DNA of 64,000 nt from Candidatus Cloacimonadota bacterium (GCA_049903315.1 JBNGBT010000008.1:62330-126329), one strand, 5' to 3'; positions 49,907 through 60,569 are shown, counted from the first letter of the stretch. Notes: generated from the sequence alone by a model not told the origin. Numbers and translations: made by a program.

Positions 49907-50869
49907 ATGCCTGTCTGGCTCGGTCTGATTCTTATCGTATTTCCATCACTCCTCTTTGGACAAAACTCCGAAGGGGATATGTATTTTCATGGCTCATCAC
50001 AAAAAGGCATTGATGGATTATCTGAAAATAAGGGAATACTGGGCGGAAGCTTCAAGTATTTTTCTGATTCCTATTATCTTGATATAGCTCCGCAGTTAGC
50101 TGTACACTTTGACGGTTCCGATATTGAAGGAAATATTTCTTCGCTTGGAGAAATTTTCTTTCCGTGGGGAGGAACAAGTGCCCATATCTATTATCAAAAT
50201 ACGGCAGATTCACTGAACGATCAATTCAAGGCAACTGGAGAATTATATCGCACGATAGAAAAACAGCGGTATATCGTTGAATATGGGGATATTTTTGATT
50301 TTACATATTATCCTGATTACAGGAATTTCACGCATATTGATAATGCCCTCTACCTTTTGTATAAAAGATTTTATAGAACATTTGCATTGCACACATATTT
50401 TGATTTCACCTATCGATACTTCAATGATATGTCTGATCACTCAATTGGGCTGACAAAAGCATCGGCAGAGGTATACTTCTCACGCGGAATAAAGAGAAAT
50501 ATCGGACTTAAGTACGGAATGTATGTCAGTAAAAATATTACTTCAACGGATTCACTCATCTATGTGAACTCGGAACTGTACGATTCTTTTGCATATGATG
50601 TATATAAAATTTATTTGGGGAGCACGATATATTTAAATGACCTACTTGTAAAACCTGATATCTCAGTACAACATAAGATATACAATAATTCTTCCGCAGA
50701 AAGCTCTTATTCCGAAACGGGAATGGGATTATCTTTTTATGCGGATTATCCAATCAGTAATAATATTTTATTATATTCGAACAGCAATATGTTTGTTTCG
50801 TTTGATTCGGCATTAAGTATATCTACATACGACACAAGTCTTGGAATACGATATCTATTTAAGAAATAA
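49907..50869 (+). CDS. Putative outer-membrane beta-barrel protein
   Basis: Signal peptide; Tyr/Phe-rich alternating strands; C-terminal SLGIRYLF. Confidence 0.5.
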   Translation: MPVWLGLILIVFPSLLFGQNSEGDMYFHGSSQKGIDGLSENKGILGGSFKYFSDSYYLDIAPQLAVHFDGSDIEGNISSLGEIFFPWGGTSAHIYYQNTADSLNDQFKATGELYRTIEKQRYIVEYGDIFDFTYYPDYRNFTHIDNALYLLYKRFYRTFALHTYFDFTYRYFNDMSDHSIGLTKASAEVYFSRGIKRNIGLKYGMYVSKNITSTDSLIYVNSELYDSFAYDVYKIYLGSTIYLNDLLVKPDISVQHKIYNNSSAESSYSETGMGLSFYADYPISNNILLYSNSNMFVSFDSALSISTYDTSLGIRYLFKK

Positions 50870-50870
50870 T

Positions 50871-52526
50871 ATGAATATAAGCCCGGTAGAAAAAAAAGAA
50901 AAGAGCATCAAATACCTGCTCGTCATCATATCAATCATTATTGTGTTATTGTGGGCTTCTCTCTATTACGTACAGAACAATAATATTAAAACGGTTTATA
51001 AAACGATAGAATTGAACGGGCGGCTGTATCTCGAACTTGTAAATGATATCATTCAAAGCAATCTCTATTCTCAGGATGTGATAGAAACACTTTTCTTTGA
51101 ACGCGCAGAAATGCTCATCCATCTTGTTATGGAGGACCACACAGCACAGATTAGTGATTCACTCAGGCAGAAGATGCTCATACATCATATCTGCGTCATT
51201 GATACGCTTGGGAATCTTGTATTTTCTTTGCCGGAGGGTTGCTCAAAAGACGTATCCATAGACCAGCTTCCAAAAACAGAAGAATTTGTTCTTTTAGAAA
51301 TTGAGGATAATCCTGATGCAGTGTATATTGTCTCTTTTCGAAATGAGCAATGGTTTGTTGCATCAATAAAAAAGAGAGATTATTTCTCGCTTCTTAAGCC
51401 GATTCAGCTTTCTACAATTTTTTCTCAACTGAGCCAACAAATATCATCTGTGAGTGAATCAATAGAAACACTACCGCAGATTCGATATCTCGTCATTCAG
51501 GATGCAAAGGGTATAATTGCAGCTACTGAGAATGTGCGTCGAATGCAGAGAATATCTTCAGACGAATTTTTAAGCTCTCATCTGGCAAATGAAACCATTG
51601 CTTCTCGCGAGACTTCATTTGAAAATATAAAAGTGCTCGAGATCTTACGCCCATTCTCTCTCGAAGAAACCGAGCCCGTTCTTCTCCGTCTTGGGCTTTC
51701 AATAGATAAAATAGAATCTTTGAAGAGAAATCGCGTTCTCTTGTTTATTATTTATTCGATAATCTTTGCGGGAGTTTTAATTCTGGAATTCCTCTTTTAT
51801 CGTAATCATATTAAGATACACAGGATCATGGAATCCCTTCAAAAAGCCGAGTATATGGCAGGTATCGGAGAACTTGGCAGAGAGGTTGCTCACGAAATCA
51901 AAAACCCGCTCAATGCGATTTCAATGATACTTCAGAGAATCCGGGCAGAGTTTGTTCCCGAAAAAGACAGCGAGTTGAAAAAATGGCTTTCCGTATCGTT
52001 TGATGAAATAGAACGCCTCAACGGCATTGTAGAAAGATTCCTTGATTATTCGCGCTCGATCACATTGAAAATTAAGAAAGTTAATGTCGGTGATTTTATT
52101 GGGAAAATTGCTGATATTTTTCAACAGGAATATAAGGATACTAATCTGCAAATCCAGGTGGATGGCAATAAAAGCATTGTCTGGAATTTTGATATTGATG
52201 CACTCACTCAGGTTATGATAAATGTTATAAAGAATTCTGTCGAATCATTTTCACCCGAACAAGAACACAGGAACATCCGCATAGAATATTTTGAGAAAGA
52301 CAAAGAAATGACAATCAAGATCGTTGATAACGGCAGCGGGATTTCCGTAGATAAACTCAATAAAGTATGGGATCTATATTTCAGCACAAAAGAGAGCGGA
52401 AACGGATTGGGATTGCCTATTTCCAAGAAAATAATAAAAGCCCATCAGGGGGATGTATTTATCAAGAGCAGTTCAAAAAATGGAACTGAGATAATAATAA
52501 AGCTGCCAAAATCGGAGTTAGAGTGA
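50871..52526 (+). CDS. Membrane sensor histidine kinase (ZraS/AtoS/NtrB-like)
   Basis: Two TM helices around a periplasmic domain; VAHEIKNPL (H box), NVIKNS, DNGSGI, FSTKESGNGLGL. Confidence 0.92.
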   Translation: MNISPVEKKEKSIKYLLVIISIIIVLLWASLYYVQNNNIKTVYKTIELNGRLYLELVNDIIQSNLYSQDVIETLFFERAEMLIHLVMEDHTAQISDSLRQKMLIHHICVIDTLGNLVFSLPEGCSKDVSIDQLPKTEEFVLLEIEDNPDAVYIVSFRNEQWFVASIKKRDYFSLLKPIQLSTIFSQLSQQISSVSESIETLPQIRYLVIQDAKGIIAATENVRRMQRISSDEFLSSHLANETIASRETSFENIKVLEILRPFSLEETEPVLLRLGLSIDKIESLKRNRVLLFIIYSIIFAGVLILEFLFYRNHIKIHRIMESLQKAEYMAGIGELGREVAHEIKNPLNAISMILQRIRAEFVPEKDSELKKWLSVSFDEIERLNGIVERFLDYSRSITLKIKKVNVGDFIGKIADIFQQEYKDTNLQIQVDGNKSIVWNFDIDALTQVMINVIKNSVESFSPEQEHRNIRIEYFEKDKEMTIKIVDNGSGISVDKLNKVWDLYFSTKESGNGLGLPISKKIIKAHQGDVFIKSSSKNGTEIIIKLPKSELE

Positions 52527-53857
52527 AAATATTAATTATTGAAGACGACGCATCTCAAAGAGAGATATTAGCAGATTTTCTCAAGTCCCAAAAACACGAG
52601 ATCTTCACCGCTTCAAATGGTGAAGAAGGAATAAAAATATTTTATAAACACCCAGTTGATGTGGTGATATCTGATTATCGAATGCCGGGACTGAGTGGAA
52701 AAGAGGTTCTGGAAAAGATATTAAAGATAAATCCATTCACGGCAGTCATTATCATCACTGCATACAGCTCGGTAGATAATGCTGTCGAGTTGCTCAAACT
52801 TGGCGCGTTTGATTATATTGAAAAACCGATCAATCTCGAATTGCTCTTGAGTAAAATAAAAAATGCACAGAATTACATACAGGTTGAGAAGGAAAGTAAA
52901 AAGGTTCAAGATATTATTATCGACGAAGAACTTCCAGTCACTTTTATTGGAGACAGCCCAAAGATAAATGAAATCCTCAGCATTGTAAAAAGAGTCGCAC
53001 ATGTGGACGCTTCAGTCCTCATCTCCGGAGAAAGCGGAACCGGGAAAGAGGTCATAGCAGATATAATTCACCACCTCAGCCCCAGGAAAAAATATAAAAT
53101 GATAAAAGTAAACTGCTCAGCAATACCCGAAACACTTCTCGAGAGTGAGCTTTTCGGGCACGTGAAAGGGGCTTTTACAGGTTCGATACGCGACAGAAAA
53201 GGGCGTTTTGAAGAAGCGAATGGAGGTACACTTTTTCTCGATGAGATCGGGGATATTGCTCCGTCAATACAGGTAAAACTTCTCCGGACGCTTCAAACAA
53301 TGGAGTTTGAACCCGTGGGGAGCTCGATGACCAAAAAAGTGAATGTGCGCATTATTGCTGCATCAAATAAGAACATTCAAACAGAAGTGCAGTTAGGACA
53401 TTTTCGGGAAGATCTGTATTACAGGCTGAATGTCATACCAATTCATCTTCCCCCATTGCGTGAAAGAAAACAGGATATAAAAAAGCTGGTGGAACATTTT
53501 TTGAGCATATATTCCGCTGATGAAGACATAACTTTTTCCCACGATGCCCTTATGAAGCTGGTGAATTATCCCTGGGAAGGGAATATCAGGCAGCTGAAAA
53601 ATGTGATACAGAGAACGATCGCCCTAGCCAGAAATAACATAATCCAGATCGAAGAGCTTCCTGAGGAGATACGAGAATATCATCTTTTCAACAATGAAGA
53701 AAACGCAAAAACAATTGCCGATGTTGAACGAACTCACATCACGAAAATATTAAAAGAATGCGAATTCAACCAGGTGAAGGCAGCGGAGATGCTTGGGATT
53801 CATCGTAATACGTTATCAAGAAAAATCAAAGAATATAATATTGATATTCCAAAATAA
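52523..53857 (+). CDS. Sigma-54-dependent response regulator (NtrC/ZraR family)
   Basis: Receiver IEDD...DYRMP; GESGTGKE, ESELFGHVKGAFTGS, FLDEIG, FREDLYYRLNV, WEGNIRQL; Fis-type HTH. Confidence 0.95.
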   Translation: MKILIIEDDASQREILADFLKSQKHEIFTASNGEEGIKIFYKHPVDVVISDYRMPGLSGKEVLEKILKINPFTAVIIITAYSSVDNAVELLKLGAFDYIEKPINLELLLSKIKNAQNYIQVEKESKKVQDIIIDEELPVTFIGDSPKINEILSIVKRVAHVDASVLISGESGTGKEVIADIIHHLSPRKKYKMIKVNCSAIPETLLESELFGHVKGAFTGSIRDRKGRFEEANGGTLFLDEIGDIAPSIQVKLLRTLQTMEFEPVGSSMTKKVNVRIIAASNKNIQTEVQLGHFREDLYYRLNVIPIHLPPLRERKQDIKKLVEHFLSIYSADEDITFSHDALMKLVNYPWEGNIRQLKNVIQRTIALARNNIIQIEELPEEIREYHLFNNEENAKTIADVERTHITKILKECEFNQVKAAEMLGIHRNTLSRKIKEYNIDIPK

Positions 53858-53865
53858 ATATTGTC

Positions 53866-54651
53866 ATGGATAAGTTAAGAGTAAGAAGAATACTACAACT
53901 GGTTTCGCTTGGAATATCAGTGTCTTTATTTGTTCTACTAATCGAAGGTACACTTCCTGTTGCGCATGAGTTCTGCCCCTATGCATCGGTGTGTTTCGGT
54001 GTATGGAAAATTGGAGCAAAATTCGCACCGTTTATTTTTCCAGTAGCAATAGTAATTGGTGCTGCGATTGCACTCAGCACACTATTTCTCGGAAGATGGT
54101 TTTGTGGATATATTTGTCCCATTGGAACGATTCAGGAGCTTGTATTCTCAACAAGGAAATCCAAGAAAAAATTTGTGCAATTAATCCCTTACAAAGTCCA
54201 TAAACATTTGAATATTGTTAAATATGTTGTATTTTTTTTCACCGCAATAACTGCGTTTCTCGCAGCTCAATTTATCTACATGAAATTCTGCCCAATTCTT
54301 GCAATCGCTCATATTCAAAATATTACTATTGTTGGAATTCTTGTGCTTGCGATAATTCTATTTGCAGGTTTTTTTATCGAAAGATTCTGGTGCAGATACC
54401 TATGTCCTTATGCAGCGCTTATGAATATCATCCAGAAAATTGCCGATATGATAGGCATTAAAAGATATAAAATATTCCGGAACATTCACACCAGTATTAA
54501 CTGTTTTAATTGCCTGAATTACTGCCCGATGAACATTGACATCGGGTATAATGAAAAAATTTCTGACATTAATTGTATTAAGTGTTTGAGTTGCGTGCGC
54601 CGATGCTCAAAAACTGATAAAGAAAAAAGTAAATGTATTTATAGAGATTGA
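53866..54651 (+). CDS. NapH/MauN-like membrane 4Fe-4S protein
   Basis: About four TM helices; GRWFCGYICPIG and RFWCRYLCPY CxxxCP motifs; C-terminal SINCFNCLNYCP and CIKCLSCVRRC. Confidence 0.85.
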   Translation: MDKLRVRRILQLVSLGISVSLFVLLIEGTLPVAHEFCPYASVCFGVWKIGAKFAPFIFPVAIVIGAAIALSTLFLGRWFCGYICPIGTIQELVFSTRKSKKKFVQLIPYKVHKHLNIVKYVVFFFTAITAFLAAQFIYMKFCPILAIAHIQNITIVGILVLAIILFAGFFIERFWCRYLCPYAALMNIIQKIADMIGIKRYKIFRNIHTSINCFNCLNYCPMNIDIGYNEKISDINCIKCLSCVRRCSKTDKEKSKCIYRD

Positions 54652-54660
54652 GGAAAAAAA

Positions 54661-55167
54661 ATGAAAAAAATATATTTGATGATACTTATTGTTTTGCTTG
54701 CTGTTCCCCAGATAGTATTTGCGCAGGACACGACCAAAGTGTATAAGGTTGATAAATCAAAATGTATCGGCTGTACTATTTGCGTAAAAGATGGAAAATG
54801 TCCAACCGATGCAATAGAGATGAAGAATGGAAAAGCAGTTATTGATCCGACTAAATGCATAGACTGCGGTATATGCGCAATGCAGTGTCCTGTTGCAGCG
54901 ATTCAAGAAGTTGAGTATGTAGATAGCAGCGCAATAGTTGTGGAAGAAATTGTAGTTGAAGCTGAAGATACAAGTGCGATTGAGCAGTCGTCATATACTG
55001 TTGATGCAGAGGGCTGTATTGGCTGTGCGATCTGCGTTCGGAAATGTCCTGTTGGAGCGATCAGCATGAAGGACAGCAAAGCAGTAATAGATACGGAGAA
55101 ATGCATAAATTGTGGAATTTGTGCAAATGCATGCCCCGTGAAGGCAATACACAAAGCGGATGAGTAG
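54661..55167 (+). CDS. Exported polyferredoxin (two 2x[4Fe-4S] domains)
   Basis: Sec-type signal MKKIYLMILIVLLAVPQIVFA-Q; four Cys motifs CIGCTIC..CP, CIDCGICAMQCP, CIGCAICVRKCP, CINCGICANACP; acidic linker. Confidence 0.85.
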   Translation: MKKIYLMILIVLLAVPQIVFAQDTTKVYKVDKSKCIGCTICVKDGKCPTDAIEMKNGKAVIDPTKCIDCGICAMQCPVAAIQEVEYVDSSAIVVEEIVVEAEDTSAIEQSSYTVDAEGCIGCAICVRKCPVGAISMKDSKAVIDTEKCINCGICANACPVKAIHKADE

Positions 55168-58100
55168 AAGAAAAAAATACACACTCTACTTTCTTGCTGC
55201 TGTTTCTTTGTTATTCATTCTTTTACACTGCTCGGATAAGACCAAAAAGCTTTTTATCTATGATGGTGATGTCCGGATTGAATATTCACGGTGTACAGGA
55301 TGCTATGAATGCATTGATGAGTTCGAATGTCCGCAGAATGCGATAATAAAGGACAACAAGCATATCACCGCATATATTGATCCTGATAAGTGTATTCAAT
55401 GTATGAAGTGCATAGATGTCTTTTCCTGTAAAGATAATGCACTCACAGTTCAAAAAGATATAATATCTCCAGGTGCAATTAAAGACTTTTATACATGCTC
55501 GGATTCTGCCGGACGGCTTGAGATACAGTTCACTGCCCCAGGGGATGATTCAACTGATGGCAGGGCATATAATTATTCACTACACCTCACGTCTAACAAA
55601 AATACTATTACTTATGATTTTGATGTACCAGTCCCCTCAGAAGCGAACACAATGGAATATTGGCGGATTGAAGGTCTTCCTCTTAATGAAATGATAACAG
55701 TAAAACTTGATGCGAGCGATGAAGTTGGGAATATGTCCGGCATAATACAGGCAACTCTTACCATCGCTAATATTGATACAATCCCACCTGCCCAGATAAC
55801 CGATCTGTTTTCTGTGCCGCAACTTTCAACAATAGAGTTGCAATGGACATCTCCGGGTGATGATGGCCATGAGGGCATGGCGGATTCATATGAACTGCGA
55901 AAAGCAGAAGTTTCTATTACCGAGGATAATTGGGATGACGCTGAGGTTTTAGAGTATGCCCCAATCCCCGAAGAACCATACACACTTCAATCCTATGTAG
56001 TAGAAGATAGTCTTGTTCAGGACAGAATATATTATTTTGCGATTAAAACTACTGATGATTCAGGGAATATATCAGAGATTTCAAACTGTGCGTATAATGA
56101 AATAATCGGCGATACGATCCCGCCAGCCAATATCACTGATATCAAGGTTACTTCAACCGGTTTTCAAACAGCTCACATCCGATGGACTGCTCCCGGCGAT
56201 GACAATGCAGAGGGTGCTTCTTCATATTATATAATCAAGATTTCAGAAGATGAGATAACGGATGACAACTGGAATTCAATTGAACCGTACGACAATACCA
56301 TCATTCCCCAATCAGCAGGCGGAACAGAGAACTTTCTCTTCGACAACCTTGCAGGAGATACAGAATATTATATCGGAATTAAGGCAGTTGATGAGGTTGA
56401 AAACGTTTCAGGACTTTCAAATGTTGCGCAAGCTGTGACTCAAGAAGTTCCAGACAACACACCCCCGAATCCTATCGCGGATCTCACCACGGTAGAAACA
56501 GAGACAGAAATTACACTGTCATGGACTGCTCCTGGAGATGATGGGACCACGGGAATAGCTTCATTCTACGTTTTGAAATATAGTGAGAATCTAATCACGG
56601 CAGGTAACTGGTCTTCAACCCAAACACTTCCCAATGCTCCTATTCCAGAAGAATCCGGCACAGCACAGAATTATATAGTGAGTAACGTCGAACCGGGCAT
56701 AGAATACTATTTTGCTATCCGTTCATATGATGATGCATTGAATATTTCGAATCTGTCAAATGTAGTAGCAGGTTCTCTTTTGCAAGATATAATTCCACCT
56801 TCTGATATATCAGATCTGGACGCACAATCAACAGAAACCGAGATCATCTTACAGTGGACTGCTCCCGGCGATGATGGGAATATCGGAACTGCGGACTCCT
56901 ATGATTTACGATATTCAACAGAGTTCATTTCTCAGGGAAATTGGCAGAATGCTACAGCGATCAGCGATGTGGCCGATCCATTTATATCTGGTACACTCCA
57001 ATCATACATTTTTGATTATGGTTCCATTGGAACAGACTATTTCTTTTCAATAAAAGCTAAAGATGATAATGGCAACGAAGCGGGATTATCCAATATTGCC
57101 TCAGGACAAATTCTTGGAGATATTACCCCGCCTTCAGCCGTACTGGATCTGGCATCATTTGCAACAGAGGAAATGATAACTCTCATGTGGACTGCACCCG
57201 GCGATGATGGAGATAACGGCACAGCTGAATTTTATGATGTCAGATATAACACGGAGCATATTGATGATACAAATTGGAATGATTCCTATCAGTGCGATAA
57301 TGAGCCAGTACCAATGCCTGCGGGTGCAGAACAGCAATATGAAATCAGCGGATTGCTTCAGGGTGAAGTGTACTATTTTGGGATGAAAAGTGCAGATGAG
57401 AATAATAATTATTCACTCATTTCAAATATTATTTCTGCTTCTTTATTATCCGATACAACACCACCCGTAGCGATTGCAGATCTTATAGTTCATAATTTCT
57501 CTTCACATTCGATCCAGATACGTTGGACTGCAGTTGGTGATGATGAATTTGAGGGAACTGCAGATTCTTACGTGATTAAGGTCTATGACGGGGAAATAAA
57601 TGAAAGCAATTGGGCAAGCATTCCGGAATATACCCAGAATTTAACTCCGCAACAATCCGGAATGCAAGAAATGCTGCTTCTCTCACAACTGCAGCCGGAA
57701 ACCGAGTATTATGTCGGACTGAAAGTACTCGACGATGCACAGAATATTTCCGGCTTATCAAACATTGTGAATGCAACCACAACTGCAACCCCAGACACAG
57801 TATCGCCGGCTCAAGTAATTGATTTGTCTGCACTTGCAACAGAGATCGATATTACACTCTCATGGACAGCGCCGGGGGATGATGGGAATGAAGGGCTAGC
57901 TGCATTTTATGAAATAAGAGAAAATAGCGTTATGATTACTCCTGATAATTGGGAGTCTTCTGAGCTATTGACAAATATTCCTTTGCCTGCGGAATCCGGA
58001 ACAGTACAATCTTATATCTTAGATGATGCAGAGCCCGGAATACAGTATTTCTTTGCTCTTAAAACCTATGATGACGCATCCAATGTTTCTGTGATTTCAA

Positions 58101-60322
58101 ATAGTGCTTCAGCATTACTTTTACAGGACACAACACCTCCTTCGCAAATCGCAGACCTGTCTGCGGAAGCAACAGAGATTGATATTACACTTTCATGGAC
58201 AGCACCAGGTGATGATGGAAATGTGGGATTGGCATCATATTATGAGATCAGAAAAAATAATGCAGAGATAACTTCTGCTAATTGGAATTCCTACGAACTG
58301 TTACCAGACATTCCTATTCCTGAAGACCCCGGCACATTTCAGTCATACACTTTTTCGGAACCCGTGCCAGACGAGGTATATTATTTTGGCATTAAGACTT
58401 TCGATGATATGGAAAATGTCTCAGATCTTTCAAATATTGTGTCAGGAACTCTGCTGCAGGATACGGAACCTCCTTCAGATATAACCGACCTGCTTGCAGA
58501 ATCATACGAAACAGAGATAATCCTTCAGTGGACTGCTTCCGGTGATGATGGTGATCTTGGATTGGCTTCCTATTATCAGATCAGGAGAAATAGTGTGGAG
58601 ATAACTCTTACCAATTGGAATTCATCCCCACTTTTGCCCGATATTCCACAACCTGCTGACCCGGGCACGATCCAGTCCTGTGCTTTTACGGAAGCAGAGC
58701 CCGGAACGGTGTATTATTTTGCCATAAAAACTTTCGATGATATGGGAAATGTATCCGGTCTTTCAAATATTGTGTCGGCAACTCTACTGCAGGACACAGA
58801 GCCGCCGTCAGATATAACCGACCTGCATGCGGGATCCTACGAAACTGAGATCGTCCTGCAGTGGACAGCATCCGGTGATGATGGCATGGTTGGAACTGCG
58901 GAATCCTATGATATGAGATATAATTTTGAAGAAATAAATGAAAATAACTGGGATTATGCATTATCAATAAGCGATGTAGCGGCACCATCCCCTTCTGGCA
59001 CTACCGAATCATATATTTTTACTGGCGGACCAGTCGGACTTGAGCTTTTCTTCGCTATCAAAGCTTTAGATGAAAATGGCAATGAATCCGGGTTGTCCAA
59101 CGTAGCATCCGGTCAGATCCTTGGTGATATCACACCTCCTTCTGCCATCAATAATCTTACTATATCAAATGTTACTTTTGAGAGCTTAATGCTCTCATGG
59201 ACTTCAGTTGGCGATGACGGGCTTTCTGGTGTTGCATCGGGTTATACAATAAAAATTCATACCGAAGAAATTACTGAGCAGAACTGGAATTCGATTACGG
59301 AATATGCTCAAAATATGATCCCTCAGCCCTCGGGTTCAATGGAAATGATCCTGATAGAGAATCTCTTATCGGAAACTGAATATTTTGCAGCGATCAAAGC
59401 TTTTGACGAAAATCAAAACTACTCGGATATCTCGAATGTTCCCAGCACTGTAACTCCTGAAGAGCCGGATATTATACCTCCTGATGCAATTAACGATCTT
59501 GATAGCAATGCGAGTGAAACAACGATTACATTGAGCTGGACTGCACCGGGCGACGACGGAAATACCGGAACAGCTGCATATTATGAAATTCGCAGATCCG
59601 AAGAACTCATCACAGAAGTAAACTGGTCTGCTGCAACACCTCTGACGAATCCACCTTCTCCTCAGCCTGCAGGAACACAACAGTCATATGAGGTGAACGG
59701 TCTCACAGGTGGTGTAGTGTATTATTTTGCTATAAAAACATTTGATGATGTAATGAATGTATCGGAATTATCAAATGTTGTTTTTGATATGCTCGAAGAA
59801 GATACGACGCCTCCATCACAGATAACCGATCTTATGGTTTTGGCAGGATACGCTTCTAATAATTCAACAATATCAATCCATTGGACAGCACCGGGTGATG
59901 ACGGCGCATTGGGAACTGCTGATCATTATGAAATCCGTTATGCAACATTTCAGATCAGTGAACTCAACTGGAATCTAGCGCAGGTATTTTTCAATCCACC
60001 CGCTCCGCAAACTGCAGGAACAATTCAAACATGTAATGTTACAGGTTTAAATGATGCGACAATTTACTACTTTGCCATCAAAGCATATGACGATAATAAT
60101 AATGCGGGGATCGCATCCAATTCTCCAGGTGGAAAAATAGTGTATCAAATCAGTACCGGTCCCTGTAACGGATGTGGAAACTGCGTGAATCATTGTCCGG
60201 AAAATGCGATCACTGATCATGGATCATATGCAACCATTGATCCTGATAAATGTGAAGCATGTGGTGACTGTGTCGGTTGGTGTCCGAGAAATGCAATTCA
60301 TTTGTATGTGGTGAGTTATTAA
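55160..60322 (+). CDS. Giant putative lipoprotein: ferredoxin domain + 14 FN3-like repeats + ferredoxin domain
   Basis: Signal ending LLHC; N-terminal CTGCYEC..CP / CIQCMKC..C; 14 repeats D-x-x-PP..I.DL...WTAPGDD...Y...YYFAIK..D; C-terminal CNGCGNCVNHCP / CEACGDCVGWCP. Confidence 0.85.
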   Translation: MSRRKKYTLYFLAAVSLLFILLHCSDKTKKLFIYDGDVRIEYSRCTGCYECIDEFECPQNAIIKDNKHITAYIDPDKCIQCMKCIDVFSCKDNALTVQKDIISPGAIKDFYTCSDSAGRLEIQFTAPGDDSTDGRAYNYSLHLTSNKNTITYDFDVPVPSEANTMEYWRIEGLPLNEMITVKLDASDEVGNMSGIIQATLTIANIDTIPPAQITDLFSVPQLSTIELQWTSPGDDGHEGMADSYELRKAEVSITEDNWDDAEVLEYAPIPEEPYTLQSYVVEDSLVQDRIYYFAIKTTDDSGNISEISNCAYNEIIGDTIPPANITDIKVTSTGFQTAHIRWTAPGDDNAEGASSYYIIKISEDEITDDNWNSIEPYDNTIIPQSAGGTENFLFDNLAGDTEYYIGIKAVDEVENVSGLSNVAQAVTQEVPDNTPPNPIADLTTVETETEITLSWTAPGDDGTTGIASFYVLKYSENLITAGNWSSTQTLPNAPIPEESGTAQNYIVSNVEPGIEYYFAIRSYDDALNISNLSNVVAGSLLQDIIPPSDISDLDAQSTETEIILQWTAPGDDGNIGTADSYDLRYSTEFISQGNWQNATAISDVADPFISGTLQSYIFDYGSIGTDYFFSIKAKDDNGNEAGLSNIASGQILGDITPPSAVLDLASFATEEMITLMWTAPGDDGDNGTAEFYDVRYNTEHIDDTNWNDSYQCDNEPVPMPAGAEQQYEISGLLQGEVYYFGMKSADENNNYSLISNIISASLLSDTTPPVAIADLIVHNFSSHSIQIRWTAVGDDEFEGTADSYVIKVYDGEINESNWASIPEYTQNLTPQQSGMQEMLLLSQLQPETEYYVGLKVLDDAQNISGLSNIVNATTTATPDTVSPAQVIDLSALATEIDITLSWTAPGDDGNEGLAAFYEIRENSVMITPDNWESSELLTNIPLPAESGTVQSYILDDAEPGIQYFFALKTYDDASNVSVISNSASALLLQDTTPPSQIADLSAEATEIDITLSWTAPGDDGNVGLASYYEIRKNNAEITSANWNSYELLPDIPIPEDPGTFQSYTFSEPVPDEVYYFGIKTFDDMENVSDLSNIVSGTLLQDTEPPSDITDLLAESYETEIILQWTASGDDGDLGLASYYQIRRNSVEITLTNWNSSPLLPDIPQPADPGTIQSCAFTEAEPGTVYYFAIKTFDDMGNVSGLSNIVSATLLQDTEPPSDITDLHAGSYETEIVLQWTASGDDGMVGTAESYDMRYNFEEINENNWDYALSISDVAAPSPSGTTESYIFTGGPVGLELFFAIKALDENGNESGLSNVASGQILGDITPPSAINNLTISNVTFESLMLSWTSVGDDGLSGVASGYTIKIHTEEITEQNWNSITEYAQNMIPQPSGSMEMILIENLLSETEYFAAIKAFDENQNYSDISNVPSTVTPEEPDIIPPDAINDLDSNASETTITLSWTAPGDDGNTGTAAYYEIRRSEELITEVNWSAATPLTNPPSPQPAGTQQSYEVNGLTGGVVYYFAIKTFDDVMNVSELSNVVFDMLEEDTTPPSQITDLMVLAGYASNNSTISIHWTAPGDDGALGTADHYEIRYATFQISELNWNLAQVFFNPPAPQTAGTIQTCNVTGLNDATIYYFAIKAYDDNNNAGIASNSPGGKIVYQISTGPCNGCGNCVNHCPENAITDHGSYATIDPDKCEACGDCVGWCPRNAIHLYVVSY
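55450..60135 (+). repeat. Tandem array of 14 FN3-like coding repeats (about 330-345 nt each)
   Basis: W/F-T-A/S-P/V/S-GDD motif counted 14 times; the junctions near 58430 and 58760 remain highly similar at DNA level. Confidence 0.85.
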
Positions 60323-60568
60323 ATGAAAAAAAAGAGAACATCGTACATAGTCATTATTGCAGTTTTGATAATTATGCTTGTGCTCATCGCTGCGACCGAA
60401 TCAAAACCTATTGTATGGAAAGAGAACTGCACCGGGTGTGGAGATTGTGCAAAATATTGCCCCGTGAATGCGATAACGATAATAAACGGGAAGGCAGTCA
60501 TCGATCACGAAAAGTGTATAGATTGCAAGTTGTGTGTCACCACCTGCACCTTTGGAGCCCTTAAGTAG
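60323..60568 (+). CDS. Small 2x[4Fe-4S] ferredoxin with an N-terminal signal or anchor helix
   Basis: MKKKRTSYIVIIAVLIIMLVLIAA; CTGCGDCAKYCP, CIDCKLCVTTC. Confidence 0.82.
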   Translation: MKKKRTSYIVIIAVLIIMLVLIAATESKPIVWKENCTGCGDCAKYCPVNAITIINGKAVIDHEKCIDCKLCVTTCTFGALK

Positions 60569-60569
60569 G

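Noticed and set aside
55160..55200. Tat signal on the giant protein
   Set aside because: SRRKKY has twin Arg but lacks the hydrophobic consensus positions; left unresolved rather than called
55450..60135. Diversity-generating retroelement or CRISPR-like repeats in the giant gene
   Set aside because: Repeats are in-frame protein domains differing mostly at synonymous sites; no reverse transcriptase and no adenine-specific TR/VR pair
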